From Raillietiella orientalis (taxonomy: Eukaryota), in NCBI GenBank assembly GCA_036172245.1, contig JAYWIR010000048.1:868001-932000 (forward strand): a stretch of DNA of 64,000 nt, given 5' to 3'. Below the pieces are notes generated by a model, which saw only the letters and a list, made by a program, of their open reading frames with translations, did no database searches and had not been told where the DNA came from. Within the stretch, counting starts at the first letter, position 1; each line of letters opens with the position of its first letter. Below, one piece after another: positions 50,333 to 60,949 of this stretch. The position numbers and the translations under genes are program-made.

Positions 50333-51150
50333 CCCACGTTGGAGGCCATCGCTAAGCGCCGCGGGGGTTTGGAAGGCGGGGGAAGGATCGACGCCCGAGA
50401 GATGGGGGGTGCGTTGTAGCTTCGAGTTCCTCCTGCAAGATGACGCTGGTTGGCCTGCGGACTTCCGCTGCCGCGGCACTGGTAGCGGTTCAAACCGGAT
50501 ACCCCGATGAGTGTCCTGGACAATGGGAGTCGAACCTCCAGGTCCTTCCAGGAAATGGAATCAAGGAGTGGGAGCTTCCTTCCGCTGTGCGGAGGAACGG
50601 ACCCTTCCCCCCCTTAGGGGGGGAGCTCCGTCTCGTACCGTGGAGTAGGTGTGTAGCCACCTCTTCAGAAAATGCAAAGAAACGAGAGCGATCCTTCGGA
50701 GAAGCAGCGCCCTTCTGAGAAATTTTGGAAGCGTACTTTCGGGGTTTTCTTCAGAGGAAGAAAACGACTCCCTTGCGGATGTTCCCTCAGGAGAAGAAAT
50801 TCCTAGTAGAGGATCCTGTCCGGGTTCCTTCGGAGAAGAAGCAAAAAGTGGTTTCCTCGTGGGGGTACCTCCGGAGAGAATAAGGAAGCAGATTCCCTTT
50901 GGGATTTTCCTTCGGAGACAAAGAAAGCGGAGGGTTCCCTTCGGGGATCCTTCTACAGGCGTGTGAAGAACGGGACTCCCTTTCCCGGAGCCCTTCCTGG
51001 ATTCTGAGGTGACTTCCTCCCTGGGGCACCCTCTACCTTGAAGAATAACATGCACTTCGGGTGGCATAGAGCAGCGTTTAAGAGCTGAGTGAGCTGCCGC
51101 CAGAGGCGCGACGGTTCTTGAGTACTCGGTGGACCAAAAACAAGAAAACA
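50333..51150 (+). mobile_element. tRNA-derived SINE with degenerate head and expanded internal repeat
   Basis: ggggaaggatcgacgcccgagagatggggggtgcg, conserved body, and 3' end cgacggttcttgagtactcggtggacc followed by an A-rich tail. Confidence 0.8.
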
Positions 51151-51640
51151 CAAAGCTCCTGGGCGCTCGACGACGAGAGAACTGCTTGATGCCGTCACTT
51201 TTCACTCCTGGGCAAAGGGACCCCTTCGGTGAAGCGACCTTTCGAGAGTGGCCCCTGAAGAGCCTGTGGTCTCTCTTTTCTGCGTGTGGACACTTCGGTA
51301 AAAGAAAGAGGTGCTGCTGCTCCTGCAGCGGGGCTTCCGGTGCCATCAGCGTCGCCACCTCTTCTCCGGACGCGTTGCGTCCACGAACTGTTGAAGATGC
51401 GACTACCTATCGAATCGTTCTTCCACCTATTGGCACACCGTGGTGTCCTCGAAGACCCTCCTTAGGCGCTGCTGCACCGGGAGGACACGGCCGAGGACTG
51501 GCTGCGGGTGGCTCTTCGCGCCCGGCGGTCTCTCCGTCGTCTCCGTGGTGCTTCCGCGCCGCGAAGGAACGACACCCGCACGGCAGTCGCCTACGTGAGG
51601 ACGGGTGGTAGGTGGTCTCATTTGAAAAGAGAAGCCTCCA
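51150..51640 (+). mobile_element. Tx1-like LINE family B 3' ORF2 fragment
   Basis: Homologous to 21130-21500. Contains LKSLWSL..LLLLQRGF and AVAYVRTGGRWSHL. Confidence 0.6.
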
Positions 51641-51981
51641 GGGAGATCGCACACATCCTGAGCCTGTTCCAGGAAGGGACGCGTGTCCCTAGCCAAAGAC
51701 CTACTCGGATCTTTTTCCCACGCGGAAAGAGCTGCTCGCATCCGACACGAATCCATGGAGACCATGAGCGGCGGATACGGCGATGGCCTTCCCGCTCGCG
51801 CTCAGGGACCTCCTGGACACGGAGCCGCACCCGCGGCAGAGAGCACGCGAATCGAGCTGAAGACCTCGGGTCGGTCGGCGTAGCACCGCGGGAGGCGCAT
51901 CGCTCAGTGGTCGCCATAAAGTTGCGACGGAAACGACGGGAAGTCTGGAATGGAAACTCCTGAAAACGGGAGGAAGAACAA
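51223..51981 (+). repeat. Left arm of ~760-bp near-perfect inverted repeat
   Basis: Reverse complement of 56263-57023. By eye there are about 6 substitutions and one 2-nt indel. Confidence 0.97.
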
Positions 51982-52149
51982 TTTCCCGCCAGTTCACAAA
52001 ACAAAATCCTTTCGGTTGGTTTCTAAGCCTTCTAATTCTCGCATTCCTGGCTAACATTTCTTTGCAGCACACTGAGGTCGGACAGCTCTCATCAATGTCT
52101 CATTGGTGGGATTTTCAGCCATAGCGCTGTTGCACTTTGAAACGGAGGT

Positions 52150-52850
52150 TTAGGAACGAAAGCACTCTTCCAGGACACTCACGGTTGAGTAGCTGCGAAG
52201 ACAAAATGCCCACTGAGGGGAGAATCTATAAAACTCTTGGCGTGCACCTCTTGCTATTTATGAGACTGCATCAAACCGCCGACGCTGACTGACATTTGAC
52301 AGCGTTCCAAAGTGAACGTTTTGGGGGGAAGTTAACCCTCGATGGTTTGGAGGATTGATGGTGTCTTGACCACATGAGGGGATGGATGAAACGCAACCAG
52401 GAATGGGGTATTTTCCATCACAAGGAAATCTCAGGATTCCGTTTAACATAAACGCAGCCAATGTATGTAAGTTTCATAGGATGTGTGTAAGGAATGTAAA
52501 CAACTGAGTAAGCTTAACTGCAGAGCGCTCTTGGAAACTTCTTTTCATCACAGACTACCAGCATCCCATTTTGCAAACACCGAGTTTAGGACGAGAACTA
52601 AGGATTGTGAATTTTGCTTACGTCAGTGAATTGCATAAAATCTTCAGTTTTACAGAGAATTTTGCGCCACTTTTAGAATCTTAATGAAGGAAATGCGTAC
52701 ATCGTTCATCATTCTAAAGTGATAGTGACTATGAGGCGACGAGGAGAACCTCTTCCAAAATTATCCGAATCTCGAATTATTTTACACGTCATTCTCGCGT
52801 GACCTCACTCTCGCCTTCAGCAGCTCTTCTGCTGCTTACGGCAAGGAGGT
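52150..52850 (-). mobile_element. Decayed piggyBac transposase (inside the inverted-repeat spacer)
   Basis: LVVCDEKKFP..VVYIPYTHPMK (resembles +V.DE...Y+P.KP.K), DGKYP (resembles Y.GK), NVSQRRRFDAV and VGIL..NRECP (resembles VGT+R.N+RE+P). Confidence 0.55.
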
Positions 52851-53497
52851 CATGCTGTTCAGGCTCGCCTCAAACCCACAATCTTCAGAGCGATCTCCAA
52901 GTTTTTTAGAACATTTCACGGGACTTTTTGCCAACGCAGCATCCTCCCCATGCAGGCGATAGCGCTCTGCTCATCAAAGCTTCCAATGGCGCCGTTGCCA
53001 CGCGACGGCGTCCGATTTGAGTAACATCTCAAACTGACTAGAAAGTGGACCGGATTTCAAGAGACAATCTTATTCCAGCAGGCTCCTTCCGGCAGGGTGG
53101 GAAGTTCCTGCCGAGTCCCTCAAGATACAGCAGCTGCTTGATTCGACCGGTCCATTGACTGACTTTGTCGCGTGGTGTTTTTTAACGAATCAGAGAAAAG
53201 ATCCGTATATAAATTATTGCTGACGGTGCGCAATACGTGAGAGTTTGTCATCTACATCTGCGAGCTTTTGAGAAGGCCGCCAGATCTTCTTTTGAAACGC
53301 GGTCCTGATTCATGATGATGAGCATCATCATTTCTCTGTCTGCAGCAACCGGCATGCAAGAGAAACTCCGATGCACCTCTCTAGGAGGACATCGCGTTTG
53401 CAGGACAGTTTCACAGCATCCAAGACTGATGGGTTTCCACTTTTTTCGCCATCGCACTTTTGGTTTTGGTATGCAGACCTAAGTTGCAGAGCACTTA

Positions 53498-53668
53498 AGA
53501 TCACCTTCACGACTCCAAACATCAGTCGTTCACCATGGCAGAGTAGCTGTCCACTATGCACACTATGCACTGCTTATCAATGCTACAAAAAGGAACACCG
53601 CGTCCATCAGTGGGAAACAATGCTTGACCCCCCATCAACCACCCCACCCCTTCCAAATGCTGCTCGTT
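53498..53668 (+). repeat. Short direct repeat, copy 1
   Basis: Begins with 30 nt identical to 54938 (agatcaccttcacgactccaaacatcagtc) and ends with the shared ccaccccttccaaatgctgctcgtt. Confidence 0.9.
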
Positions 53669-53689
53669 ATTTCAAGAATGGTGAGCTTC

Positions 53690-54140
53690 CCGTCCTTCCG
53701 CTTTTGTTTTCATTTCTCAGATGGAAAGATTGCCACTGATCCACTTTGCCAGGCGGCTTCAAGCGTGTTTCATCGAAAAGGGCTGTGCCCCCTTTTGGGG
53801 AGAGGGGGGTCATTTGCCTCTTTCTTCTTGAGGCAGGGCACTTTTGCGCAGTGGATTTCGCACTAACCCTGCTGCCCATCCTGCGAAGAGGGGACGACTT
53901 GCGACTCATTGGACTGCACATGGAAAAATCTTTCATTCTGACCGCACGAAACTGCTAAAGTGGAAAATGTCGCTTCTGCGATTTCAGCACGTTGCTGCAC
54001 GCTGAATCCTAACCACAGAACTGACTCGTCCTGGGAACCAGCATCCTGGAATTCCGTGAACCGTGCTGCTTCCGGTCCTCGACGATAGAAGAACGTGAAG
54101 ACCACCGGCTCGATTCTGCAGATCATTGCAGCTTCCACGC
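53690..54140 (-). mobile_element. Possible hAT transposase fragment
   Basis: IEPVVFTFFYRRGPEAARFTEFQ resembles ++.FF..SP.+...F.+.Q. Confidence 0.3.
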
Positions 54141-54319
54141 GACACAGAGTGACCGTTGCGCTGGGGTTCTCTGCACCTAGAGGTAAGGGTTATGAAAAGA
54201 AGATTGAGCAGCCTCTGCGTGGGCTCTGGCTATGAAAGCGATGCTTAGAAATTACTTTTTGGTGCATTCAGAAGCGTTTCTTTGCATTTAGAACATTGCT
54301 AAATTTTAGGGTTCCCTTC

Positions 54320-55770
54320 CATCTTCATCAGGAAGTCATGGGTTCTTTTATTTCTCCGCATTTATGTTAATATTAATAATACACACCCTATCATCCCTAT
54401 TTCTCATTCCACTAACCTTTCACCTACAATCATCCTTATTTGACAAATTGATGAGTATGCCGAAGACATATTGAACCCCTTTCTGCAGCACCCATCATCC
54501 TCACTCCTATCAGATGAATTCCTACAAGCCCCTAGCTGCATTTCCTAAATAACCCCCTAGTTCAGCAAGAACTACTGCTCCATAGCGAACAGATTCCACA
54601 TGAGTTTTAGGGAGCCAAACACGTACCCCAGATACTGGTGATTTCACAAAAAAGTATTCCAACTAACATCATCCCCTCTACCCCTTAGCTTACTCCCTAC
54701 CATTCTCGCGACTGATTTCATATCTCTTGCGAAATTGATTACATCAACCAAAAAACAACAACCGCAAGAACAAAAGAACAGAGATGCGTACACAGAAACG
54801 TGAAATCCACATCCGAAACTCATCCTTTGATAACCCCATCACATCACAATTACTATATAGGAATTATTCTATCATCAAAAAAATACATGAAAACTTGAAA
54901 AAAAATCAGACCTCATAAAATTTATGTATTGCCATAGAGATCACCTTCACGACTCCAAACATCAGTCCACTGTGCACACCTACTCTGCTTGTCAATATCA
55001 CAAAAAATAACGCCGCCTCCTTCAGTGGGAAACAGTGTTTTACCCCATCAACCATTCCACCCCTTCCAAATGCTGCTCGTTGTGTCAACCAACCCATTAT
55101 TCGTTATTCGTAAAAGTAATATACCGCGTCACACCACCCTATCCCTGCATCATCGACAGTAAAGATGCCATTAATCCTAACATCCAGTAACACTTGTAGG
55201 CCGACATCAATCGCTGCCACAATCTCACCTAACTTCTACAGTCAAGCATAATCCAAATTCCCTATTCGTCCCCAATTCCATGACACTATTTGTAGCCCTG
55301 TCCTATTTGCGGTCCTGCATGCTCAATGCTTGACCTCTTCAGATGTCCAGACATCCACGGCATTTCAACGGAGCAGCTCCTCTTCAAGGTCACCTACCTG
55401 ACCCGACCACGAATGAGGAATCGGTGCGGTAAATGAAACCCCACCGCTCGTGTTGAGCGCTCCTCTCTCTCCGTACGAGGGAGGATGCTGCGGCCCCCTG
55501 TTTATGGCGCAGAAACTCACGGATCCCAGATTTTCAGTCCCCTCCCTCCTCCCACTTTGCAGTTGACGCAACCCCGTCGGAAACCTGGATTCCGGAATTT
55601 CTATGATCATCATCATTCCCAGAGACGTGACGACTCGCATTGACCTCCTCATCCTCCCGCTTGTCATTTGACCTCCTAGGAAGGAAACGCATGGACAGTC
55701 ACGTGCGGGTCCCTCCCAAATGGGATAAGGGTGCCCAGCCGGCCCTCGTTCTCATCAGGCATCGCCCACC
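54320..55770 (-). mobile_element. LINE relic: ORF1 end plus APE endonuclease domain
   Basis: FPTGLRQL (ORF1-like), then GLQIVSWNW (~55295, APE start), AIDVGLQ (resembles D+..LQE) and FHVSVYAS (~54790, resembles VYAP). Confidence 0.5.
54938..55081 (+). repeat. Short direct repeat, copy 2
   Basis: Matches 53498-53668 and is about 27 nt shorter. Confidence 0.9.
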
Positions 55771-56262
55771 CTCATGAGTGATACGGCAAAGTGGTCCACA
55801 AGTGGACGGAAAAGTAAGGTCGAACGCGGACCGCCTGGATGCTGACCTTTATCCATTTATCCATTTCCTCCCTTTTCGTCTTCCCTCGACTCGAACCCTC
55901 GGGAATCATTACGATCTCCTTAAAGCGATCACTCCCCATTTCTTTCCTTATTGGACTGTCGTCCACAGGCTCCATCCCCTCCCAAACTCTGTCCGAACAA
56001 GACCTGAACCCTTTCGTTTCGCCTATGCAAACAACAGGCCCCTTCTTAAGCCTTCTTATTCATTTATTTCTCTCAAATAAGTCGTCCAGCATACTTCAGA
56101 TGAACAGCTTCATCCTCTTTAGCGTTCCGATGGTCCATACTTCAGTACAAAACTTTTCTCCAAATACTCGACCAGTTCGACACGCCACTCTTTGGGCGCC
56201 GTGGAGACACCCAGCGGCCCCTTGCCAGTTACTCTGCGCTCGAGTGAAGATCCTTCGAATCC

Positions 56263-57023
56263 TTGTTCCTCCTCCCGTTTTCAGGAGTTTCCATTCCAGA
56301 CTTCCCGTCGTTTCCGTCGCAACTTTATGGCGACCACTGAGCGATGCGCCTCCCGCGGTGCTACGCCGACCGACCCGAGGTCTTCAGCTCGATTCGCGTG
56401 TTCTCTGCCGCGGGTGCGGCTCCGTGTCCAGGAGGTCCCTGAGCGCGAGCGGGAAGGCCATCGCCTTATCCGCCGCTCATGGTCTCCATGGATTCGTGTC
56501 GGATGCGAGCAGCTCTTTCCGCGTGGGAAAAAGATCCGAGTAGGTCTTTGGCTAGGGACACGCGTCCCTTCCTGGAACAGGCTCAGGATGTGTGCGATCT
56601 CCCTGGAGGCTTCTCTTTTCAAATGAGACCACCTACCACCCGTCCTCACGTAGGCGGCTGCCGTGCGGGTGTCGTTCCTTCGCGGCGCGGAAGCACCACG
56701 GAGACGACGGAGAGACCGCCGGGCGCGAAGAGCCACCCGCAGCCAGTCCTCGGCCGTGTCCTCCCGGTGCAGCAGCGCCTAAGGAGGGTCTTCGAGGACA
56801 CCACGGTGCGCCAATAGGTGGAAGAACGATTCGATAGGTAGTCGCATCTTCAACAGTTCGTGGACGCAACGCGTCCGGAGAAGAGGTGGCGACGCTGATG
56901 GCACCGGAAGCCCCGCTGCAGGAGCAGCAGCACCTCTTTCTTTTACCGAAGTGTCCACACACTCAGAAAAGAGAGACCACAGGCTCTTCAGGGGCCACTC
57001 TCGAAAGGTCGCTTCACCGAAGG
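56263..57023 (-). repeat. Right arm of ~760-bp near-perfect inverted repeat
   Basis: Reverse complement of 51223-51981. Mirrored, nearly identical ORFs appear in the ORF track (51508+/56281-, 51427-/56479+). Confidence 0.97.
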
Positions 57024-57320
57024 AGTTCCTTCTCTCAGGAGCTTGCCCTGAGGACAGAGAGAGTTGCCGTAAAAGGCGTTGCGTTCAGACGGGACAAGTG
57101 CGACGAATCTTGCAGGGCACTTCCGAGCAACAGACGGATGGTCGTTTGCAGACAACGGGGTATTTCCGGGAGCACTTCTTGGTGTGGTGAGGGGCAGTTT
57201 GCCACTGTCTTTTGCCTCCAGTCATCCAAGATCGTGGGTCAGCAGGAGTTCCAAGTGTGGGCTCCCAAGAGTGAGGTCTCCAGCTGCCTCAGCGTGGAGC
57301 CGAATCCTCGCAGCTGATCC
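56605..57320 (-). mobile_element. Tx1-like LINE family B fragment
   Basis: The reverse complement of 57030-57200 matches 20930-21085, and 56605-57023 equals the LINE part of the left arm. Confidence 0.6.
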
Positions 57321-57339
57321 TGGCAGCGTGATAGCAACC

Positions 57340-57620
57340 TGCACGGTCGAGAACTTTCGGTTCAGATCTCTTCGATATTCAAAGGGAAGCATCGGACGCA
57401 TCCACCAGCCCGAGACAGAGGTGGCAGCTGTACAGAGGATGCAAACCGTGCTCTGACAAGATGAAAAGTCTTCTGTGAACTGAGGAACTCCATCACATTT
57501 CTTGGATGTACGTGATGAATCTCAGGAAAAGCAGAAATCGCAGGAATCACCGATCGGAACATGGAAGGTTTTGTCCAGTAACAAGAGCGGCTGAAGAAGG
57601 TCTGAAGGAATAAGAAACAG
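57340..57620 (-). mobile_element. piggyBac transposase N-terminal fragment
   Basis: CYWTKPSMF..FPEIHHVHPRNVMEFLSSQKTFHL (resembles YW......P.+...M.RNRF..+...+HF), then FPLNIEE (resembles L.+DE). Confidence 0.45.
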
Positions 57621-57703
57621 CACACGACGGCCGCCGCTGCGCTCGAGGCAGCGGTGATGGAATGTTTCCATAAGCTCTTGTTCTTTGTTTTTGACCGTGA
57701 CCG

Positions 57704-58770
57704 GCCCGCTCTGGCAGCCGCGTGGCTGTCTCTCCGCGACCAATCGTCACGGGTTCGAATCCCTCTCGGGAAGGATGGACGCTCAGAGATGGATGGGCTT
57801 CCTATCACCCCGCAAGGTGACGCCGGTTGACCTGCAGGCTCCGGGTGTATCACTGGTTGACACCTGGTCACTCCGGAGCGTTTATTTCTAAACCTACATG
57901 TCTGTGGCAGGACGTTTGATCTTGCCACGTTGCTTATGGATTCAAAGAGGAACATGCCGGGATCTGGCGCGCAAGCCAGCAGGGTTCGCCTTGGCAGCAT
58001 GGGGGAAGGGGAGACAAACAAAAAGAAAAAAAAATAAAACAAAAAACATACAGTCAAAGAATGAGGGGAGGGTTTGAGAAGGGATCACTGTGTGCTGGAG
58101 GGCATCCTCTGAATCTTTGTAAGGATGCCGGCAAGTTCCTGTTTTATGGTTCCCGGATGGAGCCATCTGGTGCGACACTGGTGAAAACCGGATGCCTCCA
58201 GTTGACGGACCGGGATCGGAAGTCGATTCTCCGGGGTCCTTCCAGGAATCAGGTAGCACCGGTTCCCTTCGGGGCTCCCCTCCAGTTGTGATAATAGAGT
58301 CGTGCCATGGAGCTGGCTGATGCCCCTCTCGGGGATCGTTTCTCCAGTGTCAAGAAGCGCGCGCTGCTCTCTTCAGGGAGAGCCCTTCAGAGAAAATGGG
58401 AAGAGTTCCTCCGGGGTTCTCTTCAGAGCAGGAAACCAGGGAGCGGTTCCCTCGCGGGTTTGCCTCCGGAGAAGAAATTCCAGAAGCGGATCTTTTCCGG
58501 GTTCTCTCCGGAGAAGAAATAATGGAGCGGTCCCTCCAGAGAGAATGAGAAGGGGGCTCCCTTCGGAGTTCTCCTCCCGATCTTAAAGGGAACGCACTCT
58601 CTCCGAATCCGTTCCTGGATGCATAGGGTGGTGATCCTCCGGGTTCACGTCCTATCTAGAAGATACACGCACCCCCGGGAGGCGTGGGCAGCGTCAGAGC
58701 TTCGTTAGCCCCTTCTGTGGAGGTGAACGGTCCTTCAGCATTCGGAAAGCCAGAACAAAAAAAAAAAAAG
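57704..58770 (+). mobile_element. tRNA-derived SINE interrupted by a LINE tail
   Basis: B-box GGGTTCGAATCCC at ~57751. The body resumes at ~58175 and ends gaacggtccttcagcattcggaaagccagaac(A)n. Confidence 0.85.
57852..58170 (-). mobile_element. Tx1-like family A 3' tail inserted in the SINE
   Basis: Reverse complement aligns to 28170-28480, including the hairpin gtggcaaga-tcaaacg-tcctgccac and aataaacg. Confidence 0.8.
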
Positions 58771-58899
58771 GGAAGGAAAACAGAACGCTCCAGAAGGATT
58801 TCCATCATCCTAGACCAAGAGCGACGATTTCCCCGTGAGTTTGCTGCTGACTTTTTTTCTTTCTTAAAAAGAAAGAAAGAAAAGATTTCTCTCGGTCAG

Positions 58900-59350
58900 G
58901 TTCCCCTGCGGAAGTGGGGGAATTCAACGCGCGCTCCCCTTTTGCAGCGGACTCGACCAAAGTCGCGTCCCTGGAAGTCATTTACGGATGGTAGGGCGTG
59001 CCCGTCTCGGAAATGCGATCTCCTTGTCGCACTCGGCAGGGTGCGGACATCGGGAACAGCTCGAGGCTTCGCGGGAGGTGGCATGTCCTGCCTGCGTGCT
59101 GAAGACCTCGAGCGGAAACGCCTCTGGCATGCGCAGGACGTCTCCTGCGACGCGTAAGTGCCAAATCTCTTTGATGGGCCCACGTCGATCACACTTGGCC
59201 GATGAGAAGTTTGGTCGCGTTGCGAAAACCTCTTGCGAAAGCTGGTTGGCGCAATGCGGGCGGCTGTGGAAGTTACGGCTCTCCATCTTGTCCGTCGCTC
59301 CGGAAAAAGTTGGTAGATTCCTGGGGCTCGTGGAGGGCCCCAGGATTTAG
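58900..59350 (-). mobile_element. Bel-Pao integrase C-terminal relic
   Basis: KSWGPPRAPGIYQLFPERRTR (resembles W.F.PP.AP..GG.+ER), then RRFRSR and GRDFGRVR (resembles G.D..VR). Confidence 0.4.
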
Positions 59351-59489
59351 CAGTGTAACGGCTCGATCTATTGTGGGCTTCTTCACGGAGATGCGAGCTT
59401 GGCATGACTTAATGATGATGCTGTAATCATGGCGTGCGTGTGTGTGTGTTTCTGTGATCGAGGATTTTTCAAAACCAATAGTAAGGAAG

Positions 59490-59800
59490 TGGAAAAAAGA
59501 ATGCCAGAAGAAAAAGGAAAGCCGAGAAGATCAGGGTGCTCAAAATTGAAGCTTCCGGTAATGAACAAGCCTGGAGGATGTTTGCAAGTTTCCTTTAGGA
59601 CGCTGGGCGACCAGAACGATCAATCTGTGTACTCATGCGAAATGGATGAATAGGTACGATAATGAGAATAACGTTTGAGACAGAAAGGTTTTATATGGAA
59701 ATTGGAACCTTTCTGTCTCACCATCGACGTCATCTTCAGCAGTACCATGAGGAGGAAGAGTACCTCTGGCGTGAGCGAACTGCAAAGGGAAAACGCACGG
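59490..59800 (+). mobile_element. piggyBac transposase fragment
   Basis: RMPEEKGKPRRSGCSKLKL..GGCLQVSFRTLG (resembles KP.+.G.K+....GY...+.Y.G), then LRQKGF. Confidence 0.4.
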
Positions 59801-59869
59801 CAATCTCTAGTCCAGAAAAACATCAGTCATGGGGAAGTTAGGACAGTATGTGGACATACACCACGTCTC

Positions 59870-60692
59870 AAGCTTCTTCCTTACGAACGGAGAGCACCTG
59901 AGGTTCCCGGATTACTGATTCATTCACACAGCCCGAATAAAAACGTCCTACCAGTCAGGGCTGGTCCTGGGATGAAACCAGAAGAATGCGCAAGTCGGCA
60001 CCGCCGGACAGAAGACGAAACGCTGCCTCGTATCTTAGACAAATGCAGCATGCACCCCATTCATCTTCCCATCGCACGACATGACGCGATTCAAGGGAGG
60101 ATCAGCATGGGCGCGGTGGATGAAGCAAAGTGGACCCTATTGTCCACTGGCCAGAGAACTCTAGGGACAAAGTCCCTCTTGAGAACGGTCGTTGCGATGA
60201 AGAAAGGAAACCGGTTCCTAGTGCTGGACTTTTGCTACCCGTACGAGTGTGGAGGACAGACGTCCAGCACAGCTAGGTGGAACGAGCTGGAAATGTACAA
60301 GTAGCCCTCCAGCTATGCTGAGGAAGGATGCAATGCAGGGTGCACGCTTCTGTCATTGGCTCTTCGGGAACCTGGGATCCAGGTAACGAGGAATGAATAC
60401 TGGACCTTGGAATTCCAAAAAAGAACTTGGGGGAGATGAGGCACCGTATGGTGGCTTGGTGTATCCGGTACTCCAGCGACATCTATGCAGCCTACGCCAC
60501 ACGAAGGACCGACAACCGGATGCTGCCGGAGAATCCCAGCGGTTAGCCCTTGCGTGACGAGGAACAGGAAGCCGAGGAAGAGACATGCTGAGGGGGAGAC
60601 GAGCACCCCAGATGAATAGAGGAGGAATTCCTGAAGAATCTCAAGAGCCCCCCCTGTAACATGTTGTATAACTGTAAATCTAAGCAATAAAA
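59870..60692 (+). mobile_element. RLE-type (Utopia/NeSL-like) retrotransposon 3' end
   Basis: NVLPVR...DETLPRILDKC...ARHDAIQ...FLVLDFCYPYE...ARWNELEMY, then VIGSSGTWDPGN and MRHRMVAWCIRYSSDIY. AATAAA at ~60687. Confidence 0.8.
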
Positions 60693-60949
60693 ACCAAAGT
60701 CCTCAATGCACTTTCTTGGAAGGAGATTTTTCACTCCCGACGGCATCCCCGTGCTGAGAGCGTAGCCTTGACATTGTAAGGGAAAAAATATAAACATGCG
60801 TCTTCCAAAAGATGTTTGCGCTAACTGCAAAGCCAACAGGAAAAAAGAAAAATGTGCGAACTCTCTAGCTCTGAATCTTAGAGGAAATGAAATCTTCAGG
60901 GAGATGTGAAGATACTACTTCCTAGATTGCAGGCGTAGCGAAGTCTGTT

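Noticed and set aside
50700..51000. CRISPR-like periodic repeats
   Set aside because: The units are degenerate and contiguous with no unique spacers, there are no cas genes, and the context is eukaryotic.
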